64,000 nucleotides of DNA from contig JALMLS010000015.1 of the NCBI GenBank assembly GCA_038496445.1, positions 558,001-622,000 on the forward strand. The letters are read 5' to 3'. Source of the DNA: Trichosphaerium sp. ATCC 40318 (taxonomy: Eukaryota; Protista; Tubulinea). Every line of letters begins with the position of its first letter. The stretch's first letter is position 1. A model generated the notes under the pieces. That model saw only the letters and a list, made by a program, of their open reading frames with translations. It ran no database searches and was not told where the DNA came from. Below, piece after piece: positions 1 to 11,443 of the stretch. The position numbers were made by a program, and so were the translations under genes.

Positions 1-601
1 TTTTGGTTTTTAACTACTTGTAAAATACTACGTACCACCGCCCTTTTGGATATGGTAGCGAAGGATGAGTGTCCAAATCATACCAAGGATGAGTTTGAGC
101 TTTTTATCGACGATATCTGCCGTACGCGTTAATTATAAGCGCGTAGTGCGTATAAACCACGTACCTTCTGGACCGATACCAACAAGACGGATTCCTTCGT
201 CGCTGATAAATTGAAGAGCGAAGTTGTTGTTTTCAAGCTTTTGTACTCTGATCCTTGGCTTTTTGTTGTATACACCACGATTAATTTGCTTTGCTACGGA
301 AATACCGTAAGTTCCAAAACAAGAGGTTAATAGTGTCAAACGTACCTGAGATAAGCTCCAAAAGGTTAATGAGGTTGATACCGTCTTCAAAATCATTTTG
401 AAGGTCGGCAATCTTTAAACCGCGTTCCAAAAGGAATGTGTTGCACCATCTGGTGAACGTCTACAAGAGGAGTAAGATACTACAAATACTAGCGTCGGAA
501 AAGTTTTCGCCCAAAAGCTGAGCGCAGAATCTACAAAAAGCCTGTACCCTCTTTTGGATCATAACCCATGCGGCAACGTCTGTTTTTTCACCCCAAGACA
601 T
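1..601 (-). CDS. Filamin/ABP-120 (gelation factor)-like actin cross-linker, 5' exons (CH1 domain); runs off window start
   Basis: Spliced translation MSWGEKTDVAAWVMIQKR|TFTRWCNTFLLERGLKIADLQNDFEDGINLINLLELIS...KKPRIRVQKLENNNFALQFISDEGIRLVGIGPED...LKLILGMIWTLILRY. This matches the ABS1/ABS2 motifs of the filamin/ABP-120/alpha-actinin actin-binding domain. Confidence 0.9.
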
Positions 602-679
602 AATGAGTATAAAGGTAGGAAATTACTAATTAAAAAAATCAGTTTACTTTTGTTGAAAGTTGCAACATCGTGCAAGCCG

Positions 680-1120
680 TTTACGTTTGAAATATTTGAA
701 ATACATTGAACTACTTATGTTTGAATGCTGGATATGTTTGCGTGATGCTGAACGTTGATATAAAATAACATAAAACGTGATATGGTGTTGAGGAGGTAGT
801 AGCAAGTGTGAAAAGATACGCCGGCCGGCGAATCTATTACGATAAAGGTTTACAGTCAAACTTTAGCATGTGTACGGATCAATCTCGGCGTGCCATAATA
901 GGACGGTTTGAAAGCTCTAGCAGGTGCGAGAAAGTGGCAGTTTATGAAACACATTGGTAAGGTGTACTACCAGATTAGAGTGCTTTTGCTCTAGAGGGAG
1001 TATATAAGTTGAACTGGTGAGATGCTAGCATTATGTTTGGCGGCGCAAAGAAATACGCTTTCATGTATGTCTACTTTACAAAAGGTTCTATCTTGTTAGG
1101 AGTTGAAGATATTACTGAGA
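680..1120 (+). pseudogene. Decayed LRR (F-box/LRR family) relic
   Basis: Short frames LKYLKYIELL and DGLKALAGARK (about 901-930) resemble the GIKALxGVHTI repeats of 52388-53197. No intact ORF. Confidence 0.35.
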
Positions 1121-1126
1121 TATTTT

Positions 1127-1889
1127 GTTGCTCCAATGATGACACCCACACTAATGCTTCCATTACAGTCATCTGCGAAAACTAAAAGAGACAGACTAAA
1201 TCACAGTTAGAATACAAAGAGAATTGTTGTACATTGTTAAGTTGTCATGGCAGAATGGAAATTGTACCCTGTTGTTGATCGTTGTTGTTGAGTTTCAACA
1301 CATTCATGATTTGTCGCGTTTATGTTTTCCTCTCCAATGATACATGGACTCTCAATAGCTTTGATGACATTATCAGATGATGTATCAACTCCAGATATAT
1401 CAATGACGAATGAACTGTTTGGTTGTATCACTAGGCATCCTAGATAGCAGCAATTACACGTCAATAGTTAAAAAAAGCAGTAAAAATATTGCTTTAGCAT
1501 GTACAGTAAATAGGTATTTGAAGAGTACCTTTAACAGTCAATGTGGCACTTTCTTGATCACCAAAGACCAATACAACATCACCATTGTTTATAAAGTTAC
1601 CTTGGTGTGGCTATCTTTTTTTTCTGTATCCTAACCCTTTTTTTTTTTAGTCGCACAACCTGGACAAAGAATCTATTAATTTTGACGCTATGTTTCACTT
1701 TGTCCGATAACAGCAGGAACAAGACAGAATTCTGTGACGCTTATTTACGACGCGTCGGTGATGGTCAAGCAAGCTGCCTTGCAAAGTAAGGTGTATTAAA
1801 GGTGCGTTGAAACAAAACCATAAAACATTATCCTGTTTTTACCTGCTCCTGTTTACTATTACGTATCACGTGATTAATGTTTGATCACA
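1127..1889 (-). repeat. Inverted, internally deleted duplicate of the 29.08-32.39 kb locus (upstream segment fused to 3' exons/introns of surface-protein paralog D)
   Basis: 1127-1604 is the reverse complement of about 31902-32390, introns included. About 1645-1889 is the reverse complement of about 29082-29346. Confidence 0.9.
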
Positions 1890-2165
1890 AGCTTATCAGT
1901 AACGTACCAACATTGCGTTTTTACTGACCCATTGTGAAACCAACTTGATAACATTCCTTCTTTTTTACTGTGCCTCCAGTGCTGCTTCTCAAGCATGATT
2001 ACTTATTGCACATTGTACCTTTTTTCTTTATATACAAAAGCCATTCGCATGTTTTTTTTAAGTAACCATGTTTTCATTGCTGCTTTGATAATGCAATTCG
2101 AGGTCTAAAATCAATAATTCCAAGTATAATCTCTATGGGAAGCTCTTGGCGTAGGTAGTCGTACC
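1890..2165 (-). pseudogene. F-box-like + MORN repeat relic
   Basis: Minus-strand fragments ELPIEIILGII (F-box-like) and KKEGMLSSWFHNGSVKTQCWYV (MORN_2-like), broken by stops. Confidence 0.55.
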
Positions 2166-2309
2166 CTAAGTTGTCGTTCTATCCAGTGATAACTTTTAAA
2201 CTATATTTGACAACTTAACAGACAAGAGAATGGTACTCTTTTACAAAAACAAAACTTTGGTCGAATAAATCGAGTATTTATTGGGGTGTAATGCTTGGTT
2301 TACAAAACA

Positions 2310-3091
2310 TTAACAAGTGACATCTGCGCACTGTATGTACCAACCACGATCAGAGTACAGTTGAGTTCCAACACTACAGCATAGTTAATAAAGCGAAGCA
2401 TAAGTAGAATGGTACCTATAAAATGATCTGTATCCAGTTATGAACTCCGAGTTTGGACAATCAAAGTTACCAGATCCATAGAAACCAGGTATGAGGTTGT
2501 ACACATCTAAACGAAAGTTGAGTGAACAAAAAGATTCCAGCGCAACAACATACAATGGTAAGTCCTTGGTCCTGTCACACAAGGTGTGTTCGCAGTACTA
2601 CAACACTATGATTAACAATAGCAAACAAGCGAACATAAGCAGTACCCACAAGTGATTTGATACTGTCTATCATTCGCAGCAAGGTCCCAGTCATCTGCTT
2701 TAATATCTACAAAGAAAATAAACTTCCTTATGATAGAAGAGAATCTTACTTGTGGTTACGTATCCGTCAGGACACTCATGAACAAAACTAGCGCTCAATG
2801 GTGAAAGAAAGTTTGAATTAGGTCCATCAAAAACAACGCCATTGTCCTCACATCTCCATCTCCATAGACGCGTGCCGCCTACTAGGTAGCCAGTTTGAAG
2901 ACCGCTCATTCCACCTATTGGACAGTTTCGTGACCAATCAATGAAGGCATCAGTAACATCGCCACCAACTGAGGGATATGAGACACAGAACCTAAACAAA
3001 CTTGTTAACCACTCACTTTACTATACAGACAAGAAGAGTACACTATAGCTATGAATAACGTAAGGACTATGAAGCGAATGCTGTTTGCCAT
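2310..3091 (-). CDS. Secreted dermatopontin/hemagglutinin-amebocyte-aggregation-factor-like protein (5 exons)
   Basis: Signal peptide MANSIRFIVLTLFIAIV, then three repeats: CPIGGMSGLQT..TRLWRWRC, CPDGYVTTNIK..NDRQYQITC and CPNSEFITGYRS..SDRGWYIQC. These fit the dermatopontin repeat pattern CP..G..S..DRxWxxxC. Confidence 0.7.
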
Positions 3092-3599
3092 TTTGACTTG
3101 TTGTTTGTTCGATCAATAGTTCAATATTTTAAACTTACACGCGCATGCTCAGTTCATGTGAATTCAAATATTTGTATGTCAAAGTTTCTACGTGTATACT
3201 TTTCTGGCTTCCCACGTGATGTGAAGAGGCAGTAATTATTTTTTTCATAGTTGGTAGCGTAGGTAGTTGTGTTACACAATTTCATGTGAATGTACAAGTG
3301 TTTCATTGCGTGTATGTTTTCAATACTGAACTCTAGAGATCAAACGAGGAGAATAAACCCTCCGGCTGACCCAGATATTCACGTAATCACGTTTGTTTCA
3401 AATTCACGTGAACAACCTACATACCATTCTGTTAATTCCAACAAACGAAAAAAATGAGCCTTACCTAAAAAAATAGTAATAACACTCTGGGTGTTATTTA
3501 ATCAGAAACACGAAGCTACAAGTTTATTATTTCATCTTTGGTTTTTTGTTCAAAGATAACTTAACTCAACACGTGTTTTCAACTATTCTTCCGTTACAC

Positions 3600-3840
3600 C
3601 TAACATCTCTAAGGCAATATCATGAACGCGGCATGCCAATGCCTTTATACCCATCTGTTATCAAACCGCGTCGATCAACTTTGATAATGCCATCGTCTGC
3701 TATATTTGTATTACCTAGAATGATAGCCAAAGCTTTGACTCCCTCACCTGTTCATCTGTTATAAATTGACAGCTGTCTAAGATAATAGTATGTACAGAAG
3801 TCAAGGACTTCAAACCTTCATCTTGTTATTCTCCCTTGTC
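3600..3840 (-). pseudogene. Decayed LRR relic (same family as 52388-53197)
   Basis: DEGLKSLTSVHTIILDSCQFITDE, GEGVKALA and NIADDGI fragments with frameshifts. Confidence 0.7.
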
Positions 3841-3984
3841 GTTTGGGTAGCAAAGAGTTCTGGAATCTGGCAAGTTTTTTCTGGTCGGCCTGTTTTGATA
3901 TAATTTGTTACTTAACTTACATATTGTTTTCATACTGTGCCTAACATCGTTTTCTATGCACTATATTTCACTGTTGATGAATCA

Positions 3985-4535
3985 AATGACCATATTCATC
4001 CATTGTTTGTACTCACCATTTAACATACCATTAATATAGGTTGTTTGTATTACCAATTGACCATCTTCATATCATTCTTTGTAATCACCGCTTTCTTTAC
4101 CATCTATGTAACTAGTTTGTACTGCAAGTGGTCCTTCTTCATGCCATTCTTTGTACTCACCATTAATTTCGGTACTAACACTCTTTATTACGTCTATTGA
4201 GATGCCCATTTTCATGCCATTCTTTGTGCTCGCCATTAGTTTCACCATCAAAGATATGTTTCATGAGCTTTCCACTCTCATACCACCTTTTAGTCACCAC
4301 GTGCTGACCATCTTGCATCATTGTGTAATTTTAAACAGCCGCCATCATACCAAATACCTAGGTTGTCATTGTAATGTGTTGGTTGCTGCTGTTTTAGAGA
4401 GCATATGGAACTTTGCAAATGTCTCTTTGTTAAAAGTACATAAATAGCGTTGAATGTCTTTGGGAAGGTCAAGGAGAGTACAATGATTATTTGTATTGTT
4501 ACACCTTTTGTATGCGTTAATAGCAAACACTTCAA
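3985..4535 (-). pseudogene. MORN_2-repeat relic
   Basis: NGEYKEWHEEGPLAVQTSYIDGKESGDYKE*YEDGQLVIQTTYINGMLNGEYKQW. The in-frame TGA falls at a Trp position. Confidence 0.75.
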
Positions 4536-4609
4536 CCAACATAATCTATCTATAACTGACAGTCATGTGGGTCAAACAATACAACACTAATCCCTTATTT
4601 ATTATGCTG

Positions 4610-6404
4610 TCAACTATGAGAAACACAATGCAGTATAACTTGTACTAGATCACCAAACGGACTATCATCATATTGAAATATAGACGTCATATAAGAGTTT
4701 TGATTAACCTACAATACAACATGTCAAGTTAATACATCAACTGACGAAAGATACGTGACGTACTTGTGCAACACCTCTAATTGAAAAAGGAATGGAAGCA
4801 GGGTACGTTTCATTGAAAGCAAGCTTTCCTATTACTAAATATCAGCTTGGCAATAGGTATGGTTAACACGTGACCATTTTGGTAGACGCCAGCGAGAATG
4901 CTGCTGTATGGACCATTCACCATTGAATAAGTTGCAAATGGAGAGCCTGCACCTTTATACTGTACAGCACCTGGATAATTTGTACCAGTTCTATCGCTTG
5001 GGTATTTTGTTTGATATATCCTGATGAATGAAGTTATTGTAAGTTTCAGTGAAGTTTCGTTCGCTTACAATTTTCCTGATGAGGTGTAAGCGTTGTAGCT
5101 ATTAGTTCCATCACAAAGAACAAAAAAATTTCCTGTTTCTGGGTTTACAGCAACATGTGGGTTACTGCAAAGTTGTGGTTTTGGTGTACGCCTATAAAGG
5201 GTCTAAACGAGGGCAAATATTGAAGAAATAACGTGCCATTGTTCAACACCTTTTACATTAACTGATAAAATTTGTTCAAAATCAATAGCAACGATCAAGT
5301 TGTTTGATATTGGATTCCAAGCAACGGAGTAAGAATTGACCTGATCATTCGTTTTAGTCCATGAAACACGCTTATTTACCAAATCAAATCCGTGGAGAGT
5401 AAACTGTTCTCCTTGATATAGAACACCTGTGGGCGATAAATGAAATGACGAGAAAAAAACGAGAAAAAAATTATCAATACTGATTTCATACCAAAACAAG
5501 CTGTTTCCATGCATACTAAAGGATCCCATTCAGAACCTGAAAAAGTAGGTTTCGTCCACAAAGGAATCTCAAATGTATAAACGAGTGACATAGATGAAGT
5601 GTCAAAAGCAGAAAAGTTGCCGTCTATCAGCAAATAAATGTGTTCTCCGTTTGTAGATAGAGTAGGTCCAGCAGCAAAGTTAGTCTTTTGTTTAATGACT
5701 GTAGAACTAACTATGCTTCCTGAACTAGCTGAAAGCTTGTACATCTGAAGTTGATTACCGTGATACCTTAAAAAAAGTCAAACAATACACCAAAACACGT
5801 GATAAGAATCTCAACGTGACAATCATCGTGGCACATTCAAATGATTTCCTGTGTGGGTTTTTACCACGTGATTCAAATAACTTTCGGACATAAGACTGTT
5901 TGCTTAAAACATACCATACTGGCACGTATATCGTATCAGAAGAGTCGATAGCCATATATTTAATATCAGCAACTAAATTAAACGTGATTCTGTAATTCTG
6001 GCTTCCATCCACCTACGAAACGCTGTTAATACCATAAACACGCTTATATTGATACTGTGTACCCCATTATAGCTCGTAAGATAATTGACGTTGTTAGTAT
6101 CTTGAACCATCATTATAATGTTACCCTTAGAGTCCACAGCTGGTGGTATTAAAGACCCATTACCAACCTGAGATGTTGGTTAATTTAATGGTAAAACAAC
6201 GTGACATTTCGCCAAAAGTTTTTTTGTCCAAAAAAAACCTACACCAATGTCCCACTTGCCACAGGGTTTGAGTCCTTCAACGTAACGGAAGTTTGTTCTT
6301 GATGCGTCTGCGTATGGCGCGTTCCATTGATCAGATGTTGTGAGTGCGATTAACGAAGCGAAGAGTACTAAGTATTGAGCGAATGTTACAAAACGAAGTG
6401 TCAT
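4610..6404 (-). CDS. Secreted PQQ-like/BamB-type beta-propeller protein (multi-exon)
   Basis: Signal peptide, QWNAPYADASRTN N-terminal motif and repeated blades (PPAVDSKGNII, MAIDSSDTIYV, PTLSTNGEHIY). One GC-AG intron at 5192-5236. The 3' end is approximate. Confidence 0.65.
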
Positions 6405-6651
6405 TGTACAAATCCGTGATGTAACTGCTTTCCTTTACGCTGTCAACACAAGTCAAAGCTTTAATGAAAAGTTCTAAAATAACATGTGACATAACAATCC
6501 AGAGTCGCTTATCTACTTTTTATACTTGTTTTAAAAAGTGTGTCGCCCAAAAAGGGCGAAACATAGTAGAGATAGGCTGTAGAAATCAAAAAAGTCAACA
6601 CTTTATTTTTTTTTTGAGCTCAAATTGGTTTATCGTGGTTTACTGACATAC

Positions 6652-8327
6652 TTATTCATCGCTAGGCCACCTATACAAAAGTTATTATGAGCCTAAACGA
6701 TCACAAAACCCCGACATACCATTCAGCTGGGATTTCCATCTTGTTGAACTCAGCAGGAGATGAACATAAATCAACAAGACCCTTTGCAAAAGTCTAAAAA
6801 AAATAAATCAGATTTTGTTACAAAAGAATTCTGCTGTTGACATAGATATCTATCTTGTCAATTTTGTACCTTATAGTGTTCTGCACCATGATGACCTTCT
6901 AAGCTATCAGGCGTAGTCCATACTTCATACAAATAGAAGATAGCAGTATCGCCATTGATACGTTTGATAAATGTGCTAAAAACGCATAAGAGTTAAAAGG
7001 CTTTCCGAAAAAGAAAAATATGACATACTGGAAGCAACCATCTTGAGCCTTTGTGGCTTCAAGATATGTTCGAAGAGATGCCATGAATCCTTCTTGGTTT
7101 TCAGATTTTACAGTATATTTTTGAGATACAACTGTGTAAGCTTCATCACTCTCACCCTCGCCCATGGCCTATTTCAACATTAGTAACAAATCAAAACAAA
7201 GTTTTTTCTTTTTTCTCTCACCTCATCTGGAGTGTCAAGTACAATCTTTGCTTTACTCAATGCATTAACAAGACGTTCAAGTCTACGAGGAAGAAGGTTA
7301 ACACCATGAAGCAAAGCACAAGGCAAAACAATAGCGTACCTAGAAACTTGTTTATCTAAACCTTCCGATCCGCTTGCTGGTGGAACCTACGCTCAAGTTT
7401 TAACATAAAACCAATGGAATACGCTCCAAAAGGTCAGCTTGCGTGCAGAGCGCCGCTTTTGAAGATCTTTTGATCTTTAGAAAAAAACGTACTACTTGTT
7501 GCTCTACTTGTTCTGGTGGTAAATTGGACGGTGTCATTTCCTCCAAGCGTTGTACAGCAACATCTATATTGAAGAAAAACAATTAACAAATTGTTATTGT
7601 AAGGTGGTCTTTTTAATCGTGATTTACCCACTGGTTGATGCAACGCTTCGATTTGAAGCAAGAACTCCTTCAAGTAAAAGCGTATCTTGAACTGCTCAAA
7701 AAAATTCTTTGTAAAGTACGTCTACAACACAAGTTAGGGCCTAAAGTGCGCATGGCAAGTTAACTGACTAACCTTGTTTGTGTGTTGTAAAACATTTGTT
7801 ATTGCGCTGTGAGTGTTTTCGAGGCTTTCAAACAACGACTGATAAGCTTCATAGCCTTGTTTGAAGTACTCATGAAGCTCCTTCAAATCAATATTTCTAA
7901 AAGCTTGTTATTATTGGTTTGTACGCGATTTAGGAGTACGTGGACTTGTCAGTATCAATTGAATTAAATAAGTAATGCAAATCTGCTTTACTTAGATGAT
8001 TATCGCCAAAGTACGCACAAAACTCGTCCAGAGAAAGTTTACCGTCGTCTAAACAAATTAATAAGCGCTAAACAGATCGCAACCGAAAATGGCCTCAACG
8101 CAGCGTTGGATATACAGTGCTGTGTTAAACGGAATCGGAAAACCGGTAACGTACCATTTTTATCTGCTCTGCGAAATACATCAGCGAATAACTCTTGAGC
8201 ATTCTGTTCTCCGGTAGCTATCCCATGTTAACGTAGTTTAACATAAAAAAGACGTACGCAACTCAGAACTAGAGCGTTCTAACGCACTGCCTCCAGATAC
8301 TACTGTCTCAGGTACTTTATCAGTCAT
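6652..8327 (-). CDS. NECAB: NECAB-like protein: N-terminal EF-hand pair + C-terminal ABM domain
   Basis: IFADVFRRADKNDDGKLSLDEF, EQFKIRFYLKE, SLRTYLEATKAQDGC, FYLYEVW and C-terminal IPAEWW parallel animal NECAB1-3 motifs (RRADKNDDGKLSFEEF, EQFVTRFLLKE, FPASWW). Confidence 0.85.
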
Positions 8328-8622
8328 GTTATTGTGTATACAACGAACTGAAAAAGCAGTAAGTCGCTGCAATTCTACAGGTGTCAAGCCGCTTCACAAA
8401 GGTTCAAAAACAGCGCACGTAGGGAGAAAAACAAGCACAATACTAGTATTATACTACCACGAAACCAAAGTCGTGTACGAAACCCTGCAACCAGGAAAGA
8501 GCCCACTGATTTCTTTTCAGTGCACAAGTAAAGTATCACGGTGGCTCCAATTTTGGCGTAAAAGAGTTTATTTAAGTAATTGTATGTACATTTTACAAGG
8601 TCTCTACCACGTGTGGTTTTGA

Positions 8623-9167
8623 TTATCTGAATTTGTTTGTGCAAACGTTCAATACAGCTTCATTAGTAACATCGCTTTTTCTGCCTGCTTGCATGCTTAC
8701 TGAGATACCCTAGAACAAACGGTTAACATTGATAAACAAAATACTTGCAGTACAACTTACTTGAAAGAGTGACTTTAAATACATTCTGGTGCATGTATAC
8801 AGCATTCTATGTTTGACTCCAGACTTCATAGGGCACCAATAGAGGAATACTGTCTTGGATCTTTTACCGTCTGAGCCAAGGTCATACTTGTATGAGAACA
8901 AGACATATCTAGGTTCATTTTCTGGTAGCTGTTCAACAAGTGTTTGCCAATCATCACCCTCTGCTCCCTTTGTTTCAATGACGACACGTGAATGATTATC
9001 AGTGAGCTTGTATACAATGTAAGGACTTCCTTTGCCCATCTTGAATCTATAAGGTCGGTAAGGAAGAAGACGAGGATTGAGTGATGAAGAAAGAAAAAAA
9101 AGACGCACTTTTCAAATGCTGGGAGGCAGTCTTCATCTAGTCGTGTTTGGACTTGTAGTACGCTCAT
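8623..9167 (-). CDS. ADF/cofilin family protein (3 exons)
   Basis: CLPAFEK|FKMGK..YIVYKL..LPENEPRYVLFSY..KTVFLYWCP..VKHRMLY is an ADF-H domain. Confidence 0.9.
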
Positions 9168-9396
9168 GATGTGTTGTTTGTTGTTGTTTTAGATTATGTT
9201 ATCAGATGAGATAACTTCCTATCCAAGATGCGGAAGTACTTTGAGATAATTTTCGAAGCAAAACTTACAAAGTACTCAAAAAAATAGCCGAAAAATATTT
9301 TCACTGAACAGGCAATATTATTGATTAAAAAATTATGAATTTCTTCAATAAAAAGAGACTCTGTTCTTGATTTTCCGAAGTGCGTAACATCGTTTA

Positions 9397-11180
9397 TTAC
9401 ACAAGCCAGAATTTTTCTTGTCTCTTGTAGGCCCATTCGCAGTGCCCGTCATCATTTATGCAGCAATCTTCTTCTTGCCTGAACTCAATGGTTCTTCCAC
9501 CAAACTCAGGTACAATGACTCTTGCTGCAAGTTCAATAGAAAACCAGGTTTGTGTCCTAACTTTAATCTCTCCTCGCACTGGAACGCCGCCCTTTTAGTT
9601 GTTAAACACGAAGATCACATGCCATGACAAAAAGTAGATGAGAAGGGACATACCTGCATATCTGTCAATCCGATAGTAGGTCCAGCAGAATGACCTACGT
9701 GAAAGTAAGTTTACATTAAGAAACACAGAAAATGTACCCCAATCGCCAATTGGATGAGTGTACACGAGTCCAGATATGCCTTCGTCTTCCATTCTATCAA
9801 GAGTGGTCTTCAGAATATCGTTTCCAGTTCTGCCTACACACATGTTAAAGCGGGTGGTAAATGACTAGTCACCTACCTGGTTTTATTTCTTCAACGAGAA
9901 TATCTTGCATTCTGTTACTTTTTAGTAGCCCTTCTTTCAATCCACGTGGAGCGTCTTGTTCTCCGTCTCTAAAGTATAGAGTTTTGTTGAGATTACAACA
10001 CCTAAAGCTTGGGAAAATCAAATATCTTACCGTAGTATATATCCCATGTGCTGTGTATCTGTTCTTAGTCCCATTGCAATGATACCAAAGTCGCACCAAA
10101 TGAGATCACCTGAAACAAATATATGATGGAAGTAAGGCTAGAAATCTCACCGTCCGCTTTTACCTTTCATTATTACATCGCTTGGAATAGGACCATTCCT
10201 TCCTATGATACCAACACTTGGTTGAAACCATACAGTCAATCCTATAGCTTGTACTTTATCTCTAAACCACCAAATAACATCTTGAGTCGTTGTAACACCT
10301 TATTAAATGTGTTAGTGTTGCAGTAGCAACGTAAAACATTCTTCACCTGGAGTTATAACTGCTTTAGAAAATCCTTCTTCGATTATGGTATGGACATTTT
10401 CCATCATCTGCTTGTATCGACTCAACATTGATGGCGGCTTCAATGCACTACAAAAATCGTAAGATACAAGGGTAAGTTTGTTTGCGTAGTACATGAAATT
10501 CACAGCAAGCAACGGTTGGTAAACAACACGTGAAGCATATTCACCTACGAAAAAAATATCGTAAGTAAGAAATTCCATGTGTACGGTTACTAAAGAGCGT
10601 GGTATCTAAAGATAAAGTGACGGCGTTTACACCATACCTAGTTCTGTCATTAAAATTTCTTTTTGACCTGAATGAAGGCCATCCGCGAAAGCAATTACGT
10701 TGTCAGTGTTTAACGCAATATTCTGAGGATTAACACGGTCTAGTGTATCACGAAGCTCTATCCACATTTGATCTGTAAAGTTTACAATGGTTTGGTGTTT
10801 AATAACATCGTTCTCAAAGTAGTGAAGCATAAGTGTGCGTCGACGCGCTGCGAATTGAGTCTAAAAGTCATAATCAGCAACTTTTGGTTTTTGAAAAAAT
10901 ATCACGTGCTGGAATCTTCATACTCCAAAATACAGTATCCTCTGCATGCTCTTGCATTAATAGAAGCCATGTACTAATACCATACTCCTTCATTAGAGCG
11001 GGTAAAGTGACATCAAGTCTATTTTGTTTGTGACTATTACAATTAGTGATCTTAGAGCTCGTAGTACCTTTCAGTAAGCCATGATTGCTGTTCTACTGCT
11101 TGTTGACGTAGCGGTGGTAATGGAACATATTGTTGAGCTAAAACTGTCGCTAGCGCTGTAACGTACAGCACCCACAACAT
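9397..11180 (-). CDS. Secreted M24 family Xaa-Pro aminopeptidase-like metallopeptidase
   Basis: Signal peptide; metal-ligand motifs GDLIWCDFG..RTDTQH, YTHPIGDWGH, WFSIEL and RQEED. Confidence 0.85.
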
Positions 11181-11443
11181 TTGTCGGCAAAATTGATAAA
11201 GCTGACTTAAACGAACTGCCAAAATCGAATGTGTACTGTTTTACGCGTGTCTATGCCCTCCCACACGTATTATTGCGCTTTCCTTAAAAGTAACTTGCAA
11301 GTATACGTTACTTTGCAGTCGTATCCAGTAGAGTATCTAATACAACCCTATGCATCGTATGGGATATGTGGATACTGTTTTAGTGAGAGTGTACTAAAGA
11401 CAGTTGATTGGCAATTTCGCATTAATTTCAATAAATACCTGTC

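Noticed and set aside
1607-1789. Similar short ORFs at 1607-1789 and 29098-29298 as a gene pair
   Set aside because: They are by-products of the duplicated non-coding block. They differ by indels that shift frame and lack coding features.
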